64,000 bases of DNA, taken from an uncultured bacterium (GTDB lineage Bacteria > Electryoneota > Tariuqbacteria > Tariuqbacterales > Tariuqbacteraceae). Positions 51,073 to 61,206 of this stretch are shown here, one piece after another (position 1 is the first letter of the stretch; each line of letters starts with the position of its first letter). The translations under genes and the position numbers were made by a program. The stretch covers positions 253-64,252 of the forward strand of contig CAYQZD010000005.1 in the NCBI GenBank assembly GCA_964421875.1. The letters run 5' to 3'. Under the pieces are notes generated by a model. The model was not told where the DNA came from and searched no databases. It worked only from the letters and a program-made list of their open reading frames with translations.

Positions 51073-54000
51073 TTACGCCCTAACCAGTTGTATTGTCGAG
51101 GTTTTCTCATTAATTTTCACCGAATCCCCTTCGGTCGAATCGCGGCGCTGGAATTCCAAGGCTAAGATTTCCCGGCTGATGAGTTCTCGGTGGCGCGCCA
51201 GCGCTCCCGATAAACGTTCATCGGCGCTGAACTTCACCTTGATGCGGTCGGTGATGTTGAAATCTTTAGTCTTGCGGAGATTCTGGATTTTATTGATAAA
51301 TTCCCGCGCGTAACCTTCGTCGATGAGGTCGTCGGTCAGTCTGGTGTCAAGTATCACTGACAAACCGGCGCCCCGGCGGAAAGCCAAACCTTCCCCAGCG
51401 CTCTCTTCCACTATGAGGTCGTCAGCGTCCAGAGTTTCCCCCAGCAGGGAGATTTGACCGGAGTCGAGGAAGGCGTTCACCGCTTCTTCGCTCAGTCCTG
51501 CTATCGCCGCTTGCGCCTCCTTCATCCGAGCGCCGAACTTGGGGCCCAATGTGCGGAAATTGGGTTGAAGCGACCGTTTTACCAGCCCCTCTTCGCTTTC
51601 GGCGAAACTAACCCGTTTTACATTGAGTTCTTCAGCGACGATATCGGTCATATGCTCCACCGAATCACGGTTGGCGGTGATAACCTGCAGTTCCGGCAGG
51701 GGCTGGCGGATTTTCAGCTTGGTTTCGTTGCGCAACGCCCGGCCCAAGGTAACCGCTTCCCGCACTGTCTCCATCCGCGCTTCCAGTTCGCGGTCCCGAA
51801 GTTCCCCGCGAACCGCAGGGTAGTCGTCAAGATGCACGCTGTCCTTCCGGCCGGACTGGCCGGCGCTTAAATTCTGATAAATCTCTTCCGCGATGAAAGG
51901 CATAAAGGGCGCTAAAAGTTTGGAAAACTCCAGCAGAATGTAATGCAGTGTCTGGTAAGCGCACTGTTTATCGCTGTCGTTCTCCGATTTCCAGAAACGG
52001 CGGCGGGACCTGCGGATGTACCAGTTGGTCAGCAGGTCGATGAATTTCTCGATGGCGGTTCCCGCCGGAGCGACATCGTAACTGTCCAGCGAAGCGGTTG
52101 TCTGCATTAGCAGCGCCTGGAATTCCGAGATAATCCAGCGGTCCAGACTGTTTTCGCTGTCGAGATTGTAAGTTTCCGCCGGCGTCCAGTTATCGACGTT
52201 GGCGTAGGTTACGAAAAAACTGTAAGCGTTCCACAGCGGTATGGAAACCTTCCGCAGGTTGTCCACCAGCAGTTCGTTCGAGAAGTATTTTACGTTCCAG
52301 GGATTGGAATCGACAAATATCCATCTGAAAGCGTCAGCTCCGTATTTCTCCAATACCTGCATCGGATGCACCACATTACCCTTGGACTTGGACATCTTAT
52401 GACCCTTCTCGTCCAGGATAAGTTCGGTGCAGATGACGTTCTTGTAGGAGGATTCCCCTTTAACCAGCACCGCCGCCGCCAGCATAGTGTAAAACCAGCC
52501 TCGAGTCTGGTCGATGGCTTCGCAGATGAAGTCGCCGGGGAATTGACCGTCGAAGACCTCCACCGACCCTTCAGTCGCCGGATAACCAAACTGGCCCCAG
52601 GGCATAATCCCCGCGTTGAACCAGGAGTCGAGCACGAAATTTTCCCGGCGCATATCCCCTCCGCAATCTTCGCATTTCAACACTACCCGGTCGATGGCGG
52701 GTTTGTGAGGGTCGAAATCGGGGGGGAGGTGTTCACCTTGAGCCTGGAAATGAAGTTCGTCCAGTTCCGCGATAGAACCGGCGACAGTGTGCTTCCCGCA
52801 TTTTTCACAGGTCCAGACGGGGAGGGGTGAACCCCAATACCGTTCTCGCGTGATGTTCCAATCGACGTTGTTCAACAGCCAGTTGCTGAAACGGCCCTCT
52901 TTGATATGGTGCGGATACCAGTTTATCTTTTCGTTGGCCTCTAACAGCTTATCTTTGATTTGGGAGGTTCGAATGAACCAGGAAGCCCGGGGGAAGTACA
53001 TCAAATGATTGTCGCAGCGGAAGCAGAAGGGATAGGAGTGAGTGTGCTTCTCCTTGTGCAGGAGCAGTCCCCGGCTCGCCAGGTCTTTGATGATGTCCAC
53101 ATCCAGGGATTCGTCTTTGAAATTCCGCCCCGTGAACTGTCCGGCGTGGCATTCCCCATTCTCGTCCACATTCTGGATGAAGGGGAGGCTGCGCTCCCGG
53201 ATGATGCGGAAGTCGTCCTCGCCGTAGGCGGCAAGGTGGACGATGCCGGCGCCGTCCTCCACCGTGACATAGTCGTCGGCGATGATGGTATGGGCGTCAG
53301 AGCCTGGATGGTCCAGGAAATCCCACAACGGGATATAACGCCGCCCTTCCAGTTCTTTGCCTCTGGCGGAACCGATTTCTTCGAATTTCCCCAAATGTTC
53401 CTTTAGCGCTTCAAGACGAGGCCGGGCGACCACTACCTTATCGCCGTTCTCCAGTTTGAGGATTACATATTCGATATAGGGGCCCACTGCTAAGGCCACA
53501 TTGGAGAGCAGAGTCCAGGCGGTGGTGGTCCAGGCGATGTAGTACAGGTCGGGGTCTTCAGCGTCCCGGAAGCGGGGGAACAGAGCAAAATCGACGGTAT
53601 CCTGATAGCCTTGCGCCGTTTCGAAATTGGAAAGCGTGGTGCCGCACCTGGCGCAGTAGGGGGAGATGCGGTAGTCCTTATAGAGCAGTTTTTCACCGGG
53701 TTCCAGCCCCAGCTTCTCCCGTATCTCCGGTGCGGGGTTCCAAATTTGTTTGATGGTCCACCAGTCGGATTGGATGTAGTCGTTGGTCAGCGTGGCGTAG
53801 GAGTTTTCCATATCGAGGAAACGCCCCAGGCGGCGGATGGAAGCTTCCCATTCACCCTTGTATCTGAAAACGGTTTTTCGGCAGTATTCTATATACTTCT
53901 CTATACCGTATTTTTCTATGTCGCGTTTCGACTTCAGTTTCAGTTCCCGCTCGGCGGTCAGCTCCACCGGCAAGCCGTGAGTGTCCCATCCCGCTTTGCG

Positions 54001-54249
54001 CAAGACCCGGTAGCCGCGCATCGTCTTGTAGCGGCCGAACAGGTCCTTCAGCGCGGACTGCATCATATGCCCCACATGGGGTTTACCGTTGGTCCCCGGA
54101 GGGCCGTCGTAGAACACCCAGTCCGGCGCGCCGTGACGCTGGTCTATCGAGCGTTGAAAAACATCTTTATCGTCCCAGAAACGGAGGATTGCTTCCTCCA
54201 TCCGGGGAAAATCAATCTTATTGAGCGCTTCCTTGAACAATATCCTCAA
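51073..54249 (-). CDS. ileS: Isoleucine--tRNA ligase (type 2, about 1058 aa)
   Basis: HMGHM (HIGH-like: PPGTNGKPHVGHM), KMSKS (HKMSKSKGN), editing domain. Confidence 0.9.
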   Translation of the reverse strand: MRILFKEALNKIDFPRMEEAILRFWDDKDVFQRSIDQRHGAPDWVFYDGPPGTNGKPHVGHMMQSALKDLFGRYKTMRGYRVLRKAGWDTHGLPVELTAERELKLKSKRDIEKYGIEKYIEYCRKTVFRYKGEWEASIRRLGRFLDMENSYATLTNDYIQSDWWTIKQIWNPAPEIREKLGLEPGEKLLYKDYRISPYCARCGTTLSNFETAQGYQDTVDFALFPRFRDAEDPDLYYIAWTTTAWTLLSNVALAVGPYIEYVILKLENGDKVVVARPRLEALKEHLGKFEEIGSARGKELEGRRYIPLWDFLDHPGSDAHTIIADDYVTVEDGAGIVHLAAYGEDDFRIIRERSLPFIQNVDENGECHAGQFTGRNFKDESLDVDIIKDLASRGLLLHKEKHTHSYPFCFRCDNHLMYFPRASWFIRTSQIKDKLLEANEKINWYPHHIKEGRFSNWLLNNVDWNITRERYWGSPLPVWTCEKCGKHTVAGSIAELDELHFQAQGEHLPPDFDPHKPAIDRVVLKCEDCGGDMRRENFVLDSWFNAGIMPWGQFGYPATEGSVEVFDGQFPGDFICEAIDQTRGWFYTMLAAAVLVKGESSYKNVICTELILDEKGHKMSKSKGNVVHPMQVLEKYGADAFRWIFVDSNPWNVKYFSNELLVDNLRKVSIPLWNAYSFFVTYANVDNWTPAETYNLDSENSLDRWIISEFQALLMQTTASLDSYDVAPAGTAIEKFIDLLTNWYIRRSRRRFWKSENDSDKQCAYQTLHYILLEFSKLLAPFMPFIAEEIYQNLSAGQSGRKDSVHLDDYPAVRGELRDRELEARMETVREAVTLGRALRNETKLKIRQPLPELQVITANRDSVEHMTDIVAEELNVKRVSFAESEEGLVKRSLQPNFRTLGPKFGARMKEAQAAIAGLSEEAVNAFLDSGQISLLGETLDADDLIVEESAGEGLAFRRGAGLSVILDTRLTDDLIDEGYAREFINKIQNLRKTKDFNITDRIKVKFSADERLSGALARHRELISREILALEFQRRDSTEGDSVKINEKTSTIQLVRA

Positions 54250-54291
54250 CCTTAAAAGTTAAATTCGCTGCCTCAGTCTGTCGTGGACTAC

Positions 54292-55035
54292 TTATCTGCC
54301 GCCCCCCATCCCTTCAAAAAAACTGGCAATATGCTTATAGCCTTGGGGTATCTCAAACAGTTCAGGGGGTGGTTCAGCCTTTTCCACCTTGACCACCCGG
54401 GTGATGGAATTCATCACCGCCGATTCGATTTCGGTCAAGACCGGAAACCCTCCCATTTCCTGCCAGAACTTTATCAGCTTCTTCTCCTCGCCCCCGGCGT
54501 CCCCGAAAAACATCAGCATCATATCGGAATACAAGTCTTTGGGAGCGTCCACTTCGGCGGAAACCCACAACGCAAAGCGCTGCACGAACCCGTCTCCGGC
54601 GTATTTATCGCTTAAGGCGATTTCCTCCGTGTTCCATTCTCCCACCTTCATCATCCGGCCTGTTTTTCGGTAGAGGTCGTCAGGGACGGAAATTTTCCCC
54701 TCCTCGTCCATCTGCACGCCCATCATCATCAACAGCATACTATAGAGCTGGCGCATTTCGGACAGCTTCACCTCGCTGTAAGTCTTGTCCGAGGGATTCA
54801 CCAACCAGACTATTTCTTTATCCAAACGGGCGATGATAACTTCGCCGCCGGTTTCGTTCCGCAGCTTGTTCTCAGCCACCCAGATTCTGGAATAGGCAGA
54901 GTCCTGCTCCCCGCTGTAAACGGAGATGATGATTTCCACCCGTTCGATGTAATGCCCGGTTCCGGCGAAGACGGAACTTATCAACCCGGCTATGGCGATT
55001 ACCGCTGCGAGCAATTTTGTACCGCAGATTACCAA
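54292..55035 (-). CDS. Hypothetical exported protein (possible DUF4412-like)
   Basis: N-terminal signal/anchor MVICGTKLLAAVIAIAGLISSVFA; no catalytic motifs recognised. Confidence 0.5.
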   Translation of the reverse strand: MVICGTKLLAAVIAIAGLISSVFAGTGHYIERVEIIISVYSGEQDSAYSRIWVAENKLRNETGGEVIIARLDKEIVWLVNPSDKTYSEVKLSEMRQLYSMLLMMMGVQMDEEGKISVPDDLYRKTGRMMKVGEWNTEEIALSDKYAGDGFVQRFALWVSAEVDAPKDLYSDMMLMFFGDAGGEEKKLIKFWQEMGGFPVLTEIESAVMNSITRVVKVEKAEPPPELFEIPQGYKHIASFFEGMGGGR

Positions 55036-55123
55036 TCGTCTCTCATAATATCATTCGTCAAGAAATGAAAACCCTAAAGCGAAAATTTCAATAAAAATGA
55101 AATAATGGTTGAAATTCTTCGTT

Positions 55124-55201
55124 CAGTCAGGTCTTTAGCGTAGCGGAGACCTGACTGAGGCTGGCAGGTTACGCCCGTTTTGGGCGCGCAAGACCTGCCA
55201 G
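55124..55201. repeat. Family-B hairpin (cagtcaggtct-ttagcgtagcgg-agacctgactg) plus adjacent nested hairpin; probable terminator for pnp
   Basis: 11-bp stem at 55124..55157 and a second 9-bp stem at 55161..55201. Same family as 48841..48872. Confidence 0.6.
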
Positions 55202-55224
55202 AACATTAATTATATCTTTTACAG

Positions 55225-56061
55225 TTAAACTTCCAATCCTTCCACCACCCCACGCATTACGGTGGTCAGTTTGGGCTCAGCCCGGTCCGCCACAGCGATT
55301 ATGGTTTCGATGGTGGTGGGTTTCAATGTATCGGGGAAACACAGGTCTGTGATTACCGTTAGTCCCAGCGCCTTCATTCCGCACTGGTTGGCGACGATAT
55401 TTTCCGGCACGGATGACATCCCGATAACATCGGCGCCGATGCGCCTTAGAAGCCGGTATTCCGCTCTGGTTTCCAGCGAAGGACCGCTCATTGCGGCGTA
55501 AACTCCACGATGGAGCCTGATATCGTTTTTACGAGCCACGCTCTCGGCAAGTTCCATCAGTTTTTTAGAGTATGGTTCCGATAAATCGGGAAAACGAGGT
55601 CCCAGTTCGGGATGGTTCAATCCTATCAGCGGGTTGTCGCCCATCAGGTTGATATGGTCGTCCATCAGCATTAAGTCCCCTTCGCGGTACATAGGATTCA
55701 GCCCTCCGGCGGCGTTGGATAGGAGCAGCGTTTCCGCTCCCATCCGGCGCATCACCCGCACCGGGAAGGTGATTTGGCGCATATCGTAGCCTTCGTAGTA
55801 GTGGAACCGACCCTGCATTATCATTACCTTTTTTCCGTTCAGTTTCCCCACAATGAGCCGTCCTGCGTGGGTCTCCATTGTCGATACGGGGAAATGGGGG
55901 ATGTCCCCGTAGTGAATGCTGTGCTCAATATCGACGTATTCCACCAACTTCCCCAGGCCGGTGCCTAAGATGATGGCGATGGGAACCGGCTCCGTGACGA
56001 TGTTCAAGAGATAATCTTTAGCTTGATTTACCTGCTGATTGAGTTCTTCGCCCTGGTCCAA
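55225..56061 (-). CDS. Purine nucleoside phosphorylase / MTA phosphorylase family (trimeric PNP)
   Basis: IAIILGTGLG…HAGRLIVGKLNGKKVMIMQGRFHYYEGY. Confidence 0.8.
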   Translation of the reverse strand: MDQGEELNQQVNQAKDYLLNIVTEPVPIAIILGTGLGKLVEYVDIEHSIHYGDIPHFPVSTMETHAGRLIVGKLNGKKVMIMQGRFHYYEGYDMRQITFPVRVMRRMGAETLLLSNAAGGLNPMYREGDLMLMDDHINLMGDNPLIGLNHPELGPRFPDLSEPYSKKLMELAESVARKNDIRLHRGVYAAMSGPSLETRAEYRLLRRIGADVIGMSSVPENIVANQCGMKALGLTVITDLCFPDTLKPTTIETIIAVADRAEPKLTTVMRGVVEGLEV

Positions 56062-56107
56062 TCTATTACCTCGTTATTAGAGTGCTATGTCGTTGTATTT
56101 ATAATAA

Positions 56108-56605
56108 TTATTCTGATTCCTCGCTACGCGCGGCTTTGTCCTCCGGTTCCTCGTCATCGTCTTTTTCAAGCACGTCTATAAGTTCCAACTGGGAACTAAC
56201 CAAATGTTTCAAGCGGCGCACGAAAGACCGTTTTTCCGCCCTCAGCAATTCCAATTCTTCGCGGAACTTAGCCGCCTTCTTGCGGGCTTCCCCTAAGATG
56301 GATTCGGCCTTGATTTCAGCTTCCCGGTGGATGATTTCCGCCTCCTTGCGTGAAGTTTCCACCGCCCTTTCCGCCGATTCCTGAGCGCTTATCATCGTGG
56401 TCTTCCACTTCTGTTCCAGTTCCTTGTAATCGACGAGTTGGGTTTCCATCCGGACAGCCTGCTTCTGCAACTCCTCGATGCGGTCCCTCATCGCCGCCAT
56501 CTCTTCGGAGACCATTTCCAGAAAAGCGCGCACTTCATCGGAGTCGTAGCCCCGAAAAGCTTTGGCGAATTCGTGCTTTTTTACATCCAGCGGGGTGATT
56601 TTCAT
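56108..56605 (-). CDS. divIVA: DivIVA-domain cell-division protein
   Basis: MKITPLDVKKHEFAKAFRGYDSDEVRAFLEMV + coiled coil. Confidence 0.85.
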   Translation of the reverse strand: MKITPLDVKKHEFAKAFRGYDSDEVRAFLEMVSEEMAAMRDRIEELQKQAVRMETQLVDYKELEQKWKTTMISAQESAERAVETSRKEAEIIHREAEIKAESILGEARKKAAKFREELELLRAEKRSFVRRLKHLVSSQLELIDVLEKDDDEEPEDKAARSEESE

Positions 56606-56641
56606 CAGCGTTCTCCCATTAAAGATTACGGCGCTTCAATT

Positions 56642-56929
56642 TTAATAAAGGCGCATCCCCAAATTGAGAAGGGCTGAGACGATGATTGAACGGGCGAAAT
56701 ACAGGATAATCAACACCACCAGCGGGGAAAGGTCGATGCCGCCCATATTGGGCAGAATGCTCCGCACCGGCTTTAGCGCCGGTTCCGTGAGGTCCTCGAT
56801 AAATCGCACCAGCCGGCTGCGGGGATTGGGATTGAACCAGGATATCAGCGCCCGGACGATGATAATCCAGATGTAAACCGCAATGGCGAAATTCAACAGC
56901 CGGGCTATGATAATCAGTAAACTACCCAT
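56642..56929 (-). CDS. yggT: YggT-family membrane protein
   Basis: 95 aa, two TM helices; position between yggS and divIVA. Confidence 0.75.
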   Translation of the reverse strand: MGSLLIIIARLLNFAIAVYIWIIIVRALISWFNPNPRSRLVRFIEDLTEPALKPVRSILPNMGGIDLSPLVVLIILYFARSIIVSALLNLGMRLY

Positions 56930-57635
56930 AGTCCCGCCCGCCGAAAAACGCGGTTCCGATGCGAATCATATTGGAACCCTCTTCTATCGCAGCCTCGAAA
57001 TCGCTGGTCATACCCATCGACAAAATTTCCATCTCGACACTGGGGATTCCCGCAGACTTGATTTTTTCGGCGGTTTCACACAGTTTGACAAAACAGGGAC
57101 GCACCTCTTCCGGATCTGGCAGGAATCGTCCCACGGTCATCAATCCCTGTATTTTTAGGGCGGGAAGCTTCGCCAGTTCCCCTGTTAAATCAACCGCTTC
57201 TTCGGGCTGAATCCCATATTTGGTTTCCTCGCCGGAAGTCTTCACTTCCACCAGCACGGGAATTGTCTTTCCCAGGTCTTCCGCAGCCCGGGACACAACC
57301 TGTCCCAGCCGGAGCGAATCGAGGGATTGAATCATATCGAAAAGCGCGGCGGCTTTACGGGCTTTGTTGGTCTGCAGGTGCCCCACCATATGGCGTGTGA
57401 ATTTCAGCTCGGGGTGGGCGGAATCGAGTTCCCGAAATTTCTTTTCCGCTTCCTGGTATTTGTTCTCCCCGATGTGCTTTATCCCGGCTTTCACCGCTTC
57501 AGCCACCGCTTGGGGCGGGCGGGTCTTGCACACTGCAACAACTTGAATCTCTTCAGGATTCCGGCCGCTTCTAACCGCTGCCTCAGCTATCCGTTCAAAG
57601 ACTCTTTTTATATTGTCTTCTACACTAATATTCAA
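56922..57635 (-). CDS. yggS: YggS-family pyridoxal-phosphate homeostasis protein (alanine-racemase-fold)
   Basis: QVVAVCKTRPPQAV…HMVGHLQTNKARKAA. Confidence 0.85.
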   Translation of the reverse strand: MNISVEDNIKRVFERIAEAAVRSGRNPEEIQVVAVCKTRPPQAVAEAVKAGIKHIGENKYQEAEKKFRELDSAHPELKFTRHMVGHLQTNKARKAAALFDMIQSLDSLRLGQVVSRAAEDLGKTIPVLVEVKTSGEETKYGIQPEEAVDLTGELAKLPALKIQGLMTVGRFLPDPEEVRPCFVKLCETAEKIKSAGIPSVEMEILSMGMTSDFEAAIEEGSNMIRIGTAFFGGRDYG

Positions 57636-57820
57636 TACCTGTAATTTAGAGGATGTTAAATATAGCTTTTTTTATCATAAATTGCAAAGAATTAGTATTA
57701 CTCATCACTAAGTATTTCATCCTTTGTTCAAATAAGAAAGCCCATTTAAAAAGCGGACTTTGATAAAGGTAAAATTGAGTTGTTATCAAGAATCAATCAC
57801 CATCGCCCCATGAGCGCCGA

Positions 57821-58798
57821 CTACCTCCCCTCATACCAGCCTTTAACGAATTCCCGCACTACCTCCCCCGCGCTCTTGATTTCCCGCACCAATCCAGAGG
57901 ATTGTCCCGCTTCGAACAGCCCCTCCCCGCCGTCGCCTAAGAATATCCCCAACCGCCCCCGGCCGGTTCCGTGCAGTTCCGATAAATTCTCTTTGGAAGC
58001 GCCTCGGACTTCCGCTTCCCGCACCCGCTCCGCAAAGGGAGTGCGGACGATGCGTATTGGTCCTATGGTCCTGAACGCCAGGTAGGTCCCGGTGTCGCCC
58101 GCTACGACCACCGCCCGCTTATACTCCTCCGCGGCGGAGGATTCCACCGTTGTGGCGAAACGCGTGCCCACCTGAATCCCCTCCGCCCCCAGCGCTATCG
58201 CCGCTTTGAATCCGCGCCCGTCGGCTATTCCTCCGGCGGCGATGACCGGGATTTCCAGCGCGTCCGACACCTGGGGAATCAGGCAGAAGGTGGTTACTCC
58301 GTCGAAACCGTTATGGCCCCCGGCTTCCACCCCTTCAGCCACCACCGCGTTGCATCCCGCGCTTTCCGCCTTTAAAGCCATTTTCACCGTGGGAACGCAG
58401 TGAACCCATTTAATCCCGGCGGACTTGAATATTTCAGCGGCCTTCGCCGGATTTCCGGCGGAAGTGAAAGCGATGGGGACTTGCTCCGCAATAGTCACCT
58501 CTATCAAATCCGGGGCGTGCTTATACATCAGCGGGATATTCACTCCGAAAGGTTTATCGGTGGCAGCCTTCGCTTTACCGATATGGCGTCGAAACAGTTC
58601 CTTCTCCATCGAACCTCCGCCAATAAGCCCCAAACCGCCGGCCTGCGACACTGCCGCAGCTAATTTCCAGCCCGCCGCCCAAATCATTCCCCCCTGGATG
58701 ATGGGGTAATCGATGCCGAATAATTCGGAAACGCGTGTATGTATGGCAGGGAACTTACGGTCAGTATTGGTTGTTTCACTCATAGAATATTCCTCCAA
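57821..58798 (-). CDS. Nitronate monooxygenase-family FMN oxidoreductase (NMO/FabK-like)
   Basis: FGIDYPIIQGGMIWAAGWKLAAAVSQAGGLGLIGGGSM. Confidence 0.8.
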   Translation of the reverse strand: MEEYSMSETTNTDRKFPAIHTRVSELFGIDYPIIQGGMIWAAGWKLAAAVSQAGGLGLIGGGSMEKELFRRHIGKAKAATDKPFGVNIPLMYKHAPDLIEVTIAEQVPIAFTSAGNPAKAAEIFKSAGIKWVHCVPTVKMALKAESAGCNAVVAEGVEAGGHNGFDGVTTFCLIPQVSDALEIPVIAAGGIADGRGFKAAIALGAEGIQVGTRFATTVESSAAEEYKRAVVVAGDTGTYLAFRTIGPIRIVRTPFAERVREAEVRGASKENLSELHGTGRGRLGIFLGDGGEGLFEAGQSSGLVREIKSAGEVVREFVKGWYEGR

Positions 58799-58811
58799 CC
58801 TTCGTGTTTAC

Positions 58812-59423
58812 TCATTTCCTTTTTTGGCCGAGCCATTCAATCAGTCTGCGCCGGGTTTTGATCGACGGAATCAGTCCGTAATGGACAAAACTGATGTCTT
58901 CGATGGTGTAAAACGCTCGGGGATTGTATTTTTTAATAGTCTCGACCACTTCTTTGATGTTCCGTCGGCGGACCACGGTGAAAAACACTTTCACCGGCCC
59001 GCGGTTGCCTTCGGCCTCAATACTGGTGACCGTAAGTCCCGATTTTCGAAGTTGTTCAATCAATTCCGAAGCCTCTTTTCTGGTGATAACTCTTATCAGG
59101 ACGATACCGGTGGCAATGCGCTTTTCCAGGATGATTCCGGCGTAGTTTCCAGCGGCGAAACCGGCGGCGTAAGCCAGGTAGTTCAGCGGATTGGTCAGGT
59201 TCTGCATTATCTGGCCGATAGCGATGAGCCATATCAGCACTTCGAAGAATCCCAGGGCGGGCGCTAAATACCGATTCCCCCTGGAAACGAAGATTATCCT
59301 CAAGGTGCCCATAGAAACATCCACTATCCGGGCGAAAAAAATCAATCCCGGAATCACCAGCCATTGCCCGATTTCAGTTCCGAATATTTCCGTAACGTTC
59401 ATAATAATTGATAATTTTCCCAA
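58812..59423 (-). CDS. YitT-family (DUF161/DUF2179) membrane protein
   Basis: TM N-domain + C-terminal DUF2179-like α/β domain (…VTSIEAEGNRGPVKVFFTVVRRRNIKEV…). Confidence 0.6.
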   Translation of the reverse strand: MGKLSIIMNVTEIFGTEIGQWLVIPGLIFFARIVDVSMGTLRIIFVSRGNRYLAPALGFFEVLIWLIAIGQIMQNLTNPLNYLAYAAGFAAGNYAGIILEKRIATGIVLIRVITRKEASELIEQLRKSGLTVTSIEAEGNRGPVKVFFTVVRRRNIKEVVETIKKYNPRAFYTIEDISFVHYGLIPSIKTRRRLIEWLGQKRK

Positions 59424-59518
59424 AAATCGCTATATATTATCTTGGATTAAAAATAACTAATCCATAGGATATAATCAACCGCAAGGGATGGAACCGATAT
59501 TATGGAGAAGGCTGTACT

Positions 59519-60964
59519 TTGCTGACATTCATCATTCTCTCGGAAACCGGAAATCCCCCGCAAGAGGTTGTCTCCGCCGCAACTTCTCTGGGGACAGTTT
59601 TCATTATGCATCCTCCGGGAACCGCTATTCAGCAATATAGGGGCGCGGAGACAGTCATAGCGGAAAACATCCCCGCGGCGCTGAACCGCATCGCTAAAAA
59701 CTGCCGGACGCGTTTCCTAACAGTTGCGGGCGAGGATGCAGAGCCGGTTTATGACCTTCACCATCTGGTGAAGATGGCTCCCGAGGAGGCGGCTTATGTT
59801 TACGGCGATTATGAGCAAGTCGCGGGAGAGTCCGTCCGTCCCCAGCGCGCCTATACTGGTTCCGAAGATATTACTGAACGCGCCGAGTTGGGTCCTGTGG
59901 CGCTCTACCCGGTTTTAGCTTTAAAACGCGCGGGCTGGTGGAACGAGACGCTGAAATATACCTTCGACTACGACCTGAGGCTGCGTTTAGCGGAAATCGG
60001 AGCTGTCCACCATATCGCCAATCCACTTTTCAAACTGCATCCTCGGGAACCGGAAGGTGAAGACGCCGCGCTGTCGCAGAAGCTGTTTTTTCCCGGTCGG
60101 GGCAAATACGGCGGTTTTTCCTACTTGTTTATGGAGCCGGAGGAGGAGCGGGAAATCGAAAGCGTTTTCGCCGACTGTTTGAAGCGGCGCGGCGCTTACC
60201 TCGAAGGAGAAGCGCCGCCGATGGAGCCGGAACCGTTGTCGTCTCCTGCGGTCTCGGTCATCACCCCGGTTTACAACCGGGAACGCTATATCGGCGAAGC
60301 CATCGCCAGCGCGCTGGAGGGGGAATTCCGGGATTTCGAGTATATCGTCATCGACAACGGCTCTATCGATGGTACGGTCGCAGAAGTGGAAAAATATATC
60401 CGGCAGGACTCCAGAGTCCGCCTTTTACGCTGCCCGGAAAACCGCATCGCCAAGTCCCTGAACCTGGGGCTTCTGCACGCTCAGGGGAAATATATATCCC
60501 AGCTCGATTCCGACGACCTTTACACCCCGGACACATTGCGTTCGATGGTGGATTTTATGGAGGAATCAGGCTGCGCTTTGGGGATTTCCTATTATTCCCT
60601 CATCGACGCCGAAGGGAACGACCTACCCGAATTTGGTATAATCAAGCACCTGGAGTACAGCCGCAACAACATATTACGCGTGGACGGCGCGGGGGCGGTC
60701 AGGGTCTGGCGCAAATCGGCGATGCTGGGATTCGGCGGCTTCGACCAGCTTATCCTCTGCGACTATGGTGAAGATTACGATTTGGCGCTGAAGGTGGGGG
60801 AGCGCTGGAGGGTGGGGCGCTGCCACCAGGTCTTGTATAAATACCGCCGCCATCCCGACAATTCCGACATCCTCCGCGACCCGATGTTCAAACTCCGCAA
60901 TAAAAACCTCGCCCGCAGCAGGGCGTTGGATAGACGGAAGAAAATGAATCTGGGGAGAGATTAA
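59519..60964 (+). CDS. Two-domain glycosyltransferase (C-terminal GT2 domain; N-terminal GT-like domain of unknown specificity)
   Basis: VSVITPVYNRERYIGEAIASAL…YIVIDNGSIDGT…QLDSDD (GT2 DXD). Confidence 0.7.
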   Translation: MLTFIILSETGNPPQEVVSAATSLGTVFIMHPPGTAIQQYRGAETVIAENIPAALNRIAKNCRTRFLTVAGEDAEPVYDLHHLVKMAPEEAAYVYGDYEQVAGESVRPQRAYTGSEDITERAELGPVALYPVLALKRAGWWNETLKYTFDYDLRLRLAEIGAVHHIANPLFKLHPREPEGEDAALSQKLFFPGRGKYGGFSYLFMEPEEEREIESVFADCLKRRGAYLEGEAPPMEPEPLSSPAVSVITPVYNRERYIGEAIASALEGEFRDFEYIVIDNGSIDGTVAEVEKYIRQDSRVRLLRCPENRIAKSLNLGLLHAQGKYISQLDSDDLYTPDTLRSMVDFMEESGCALGISYYSLIDAEGNDLPEFGIIKHLEYSRNNILRVDGAGAVRVWRKSAMLGFGGFDQLILCDYGEDYDLALKVGERWRVGRCHQVLYKYRRHPDNSDILRDPMFKLRNKNLARSRALDRRKKMNLGRD

Positions 60965-61206
60965 CCACGAATGCACACGAATTTACACGAATACTCACGG
61001 TGCTGCCGGGTCCCCGCACCCGGCAATCGTAGGGTGGGTTTCAACCCACCAATCATTTGTCATTGCGAACGAAGTGAAGCAATCGCTTTGTTTGGAGGGA
61101 TAATTCACTGGCTATGATGGCTATTATGGCTATGCAGGGCGGAATCTCATTCCGCCGAATTCACTAACCCCTAACCCCTAATCCCTAACCCCTTCCGGGA
61201 GGACAT

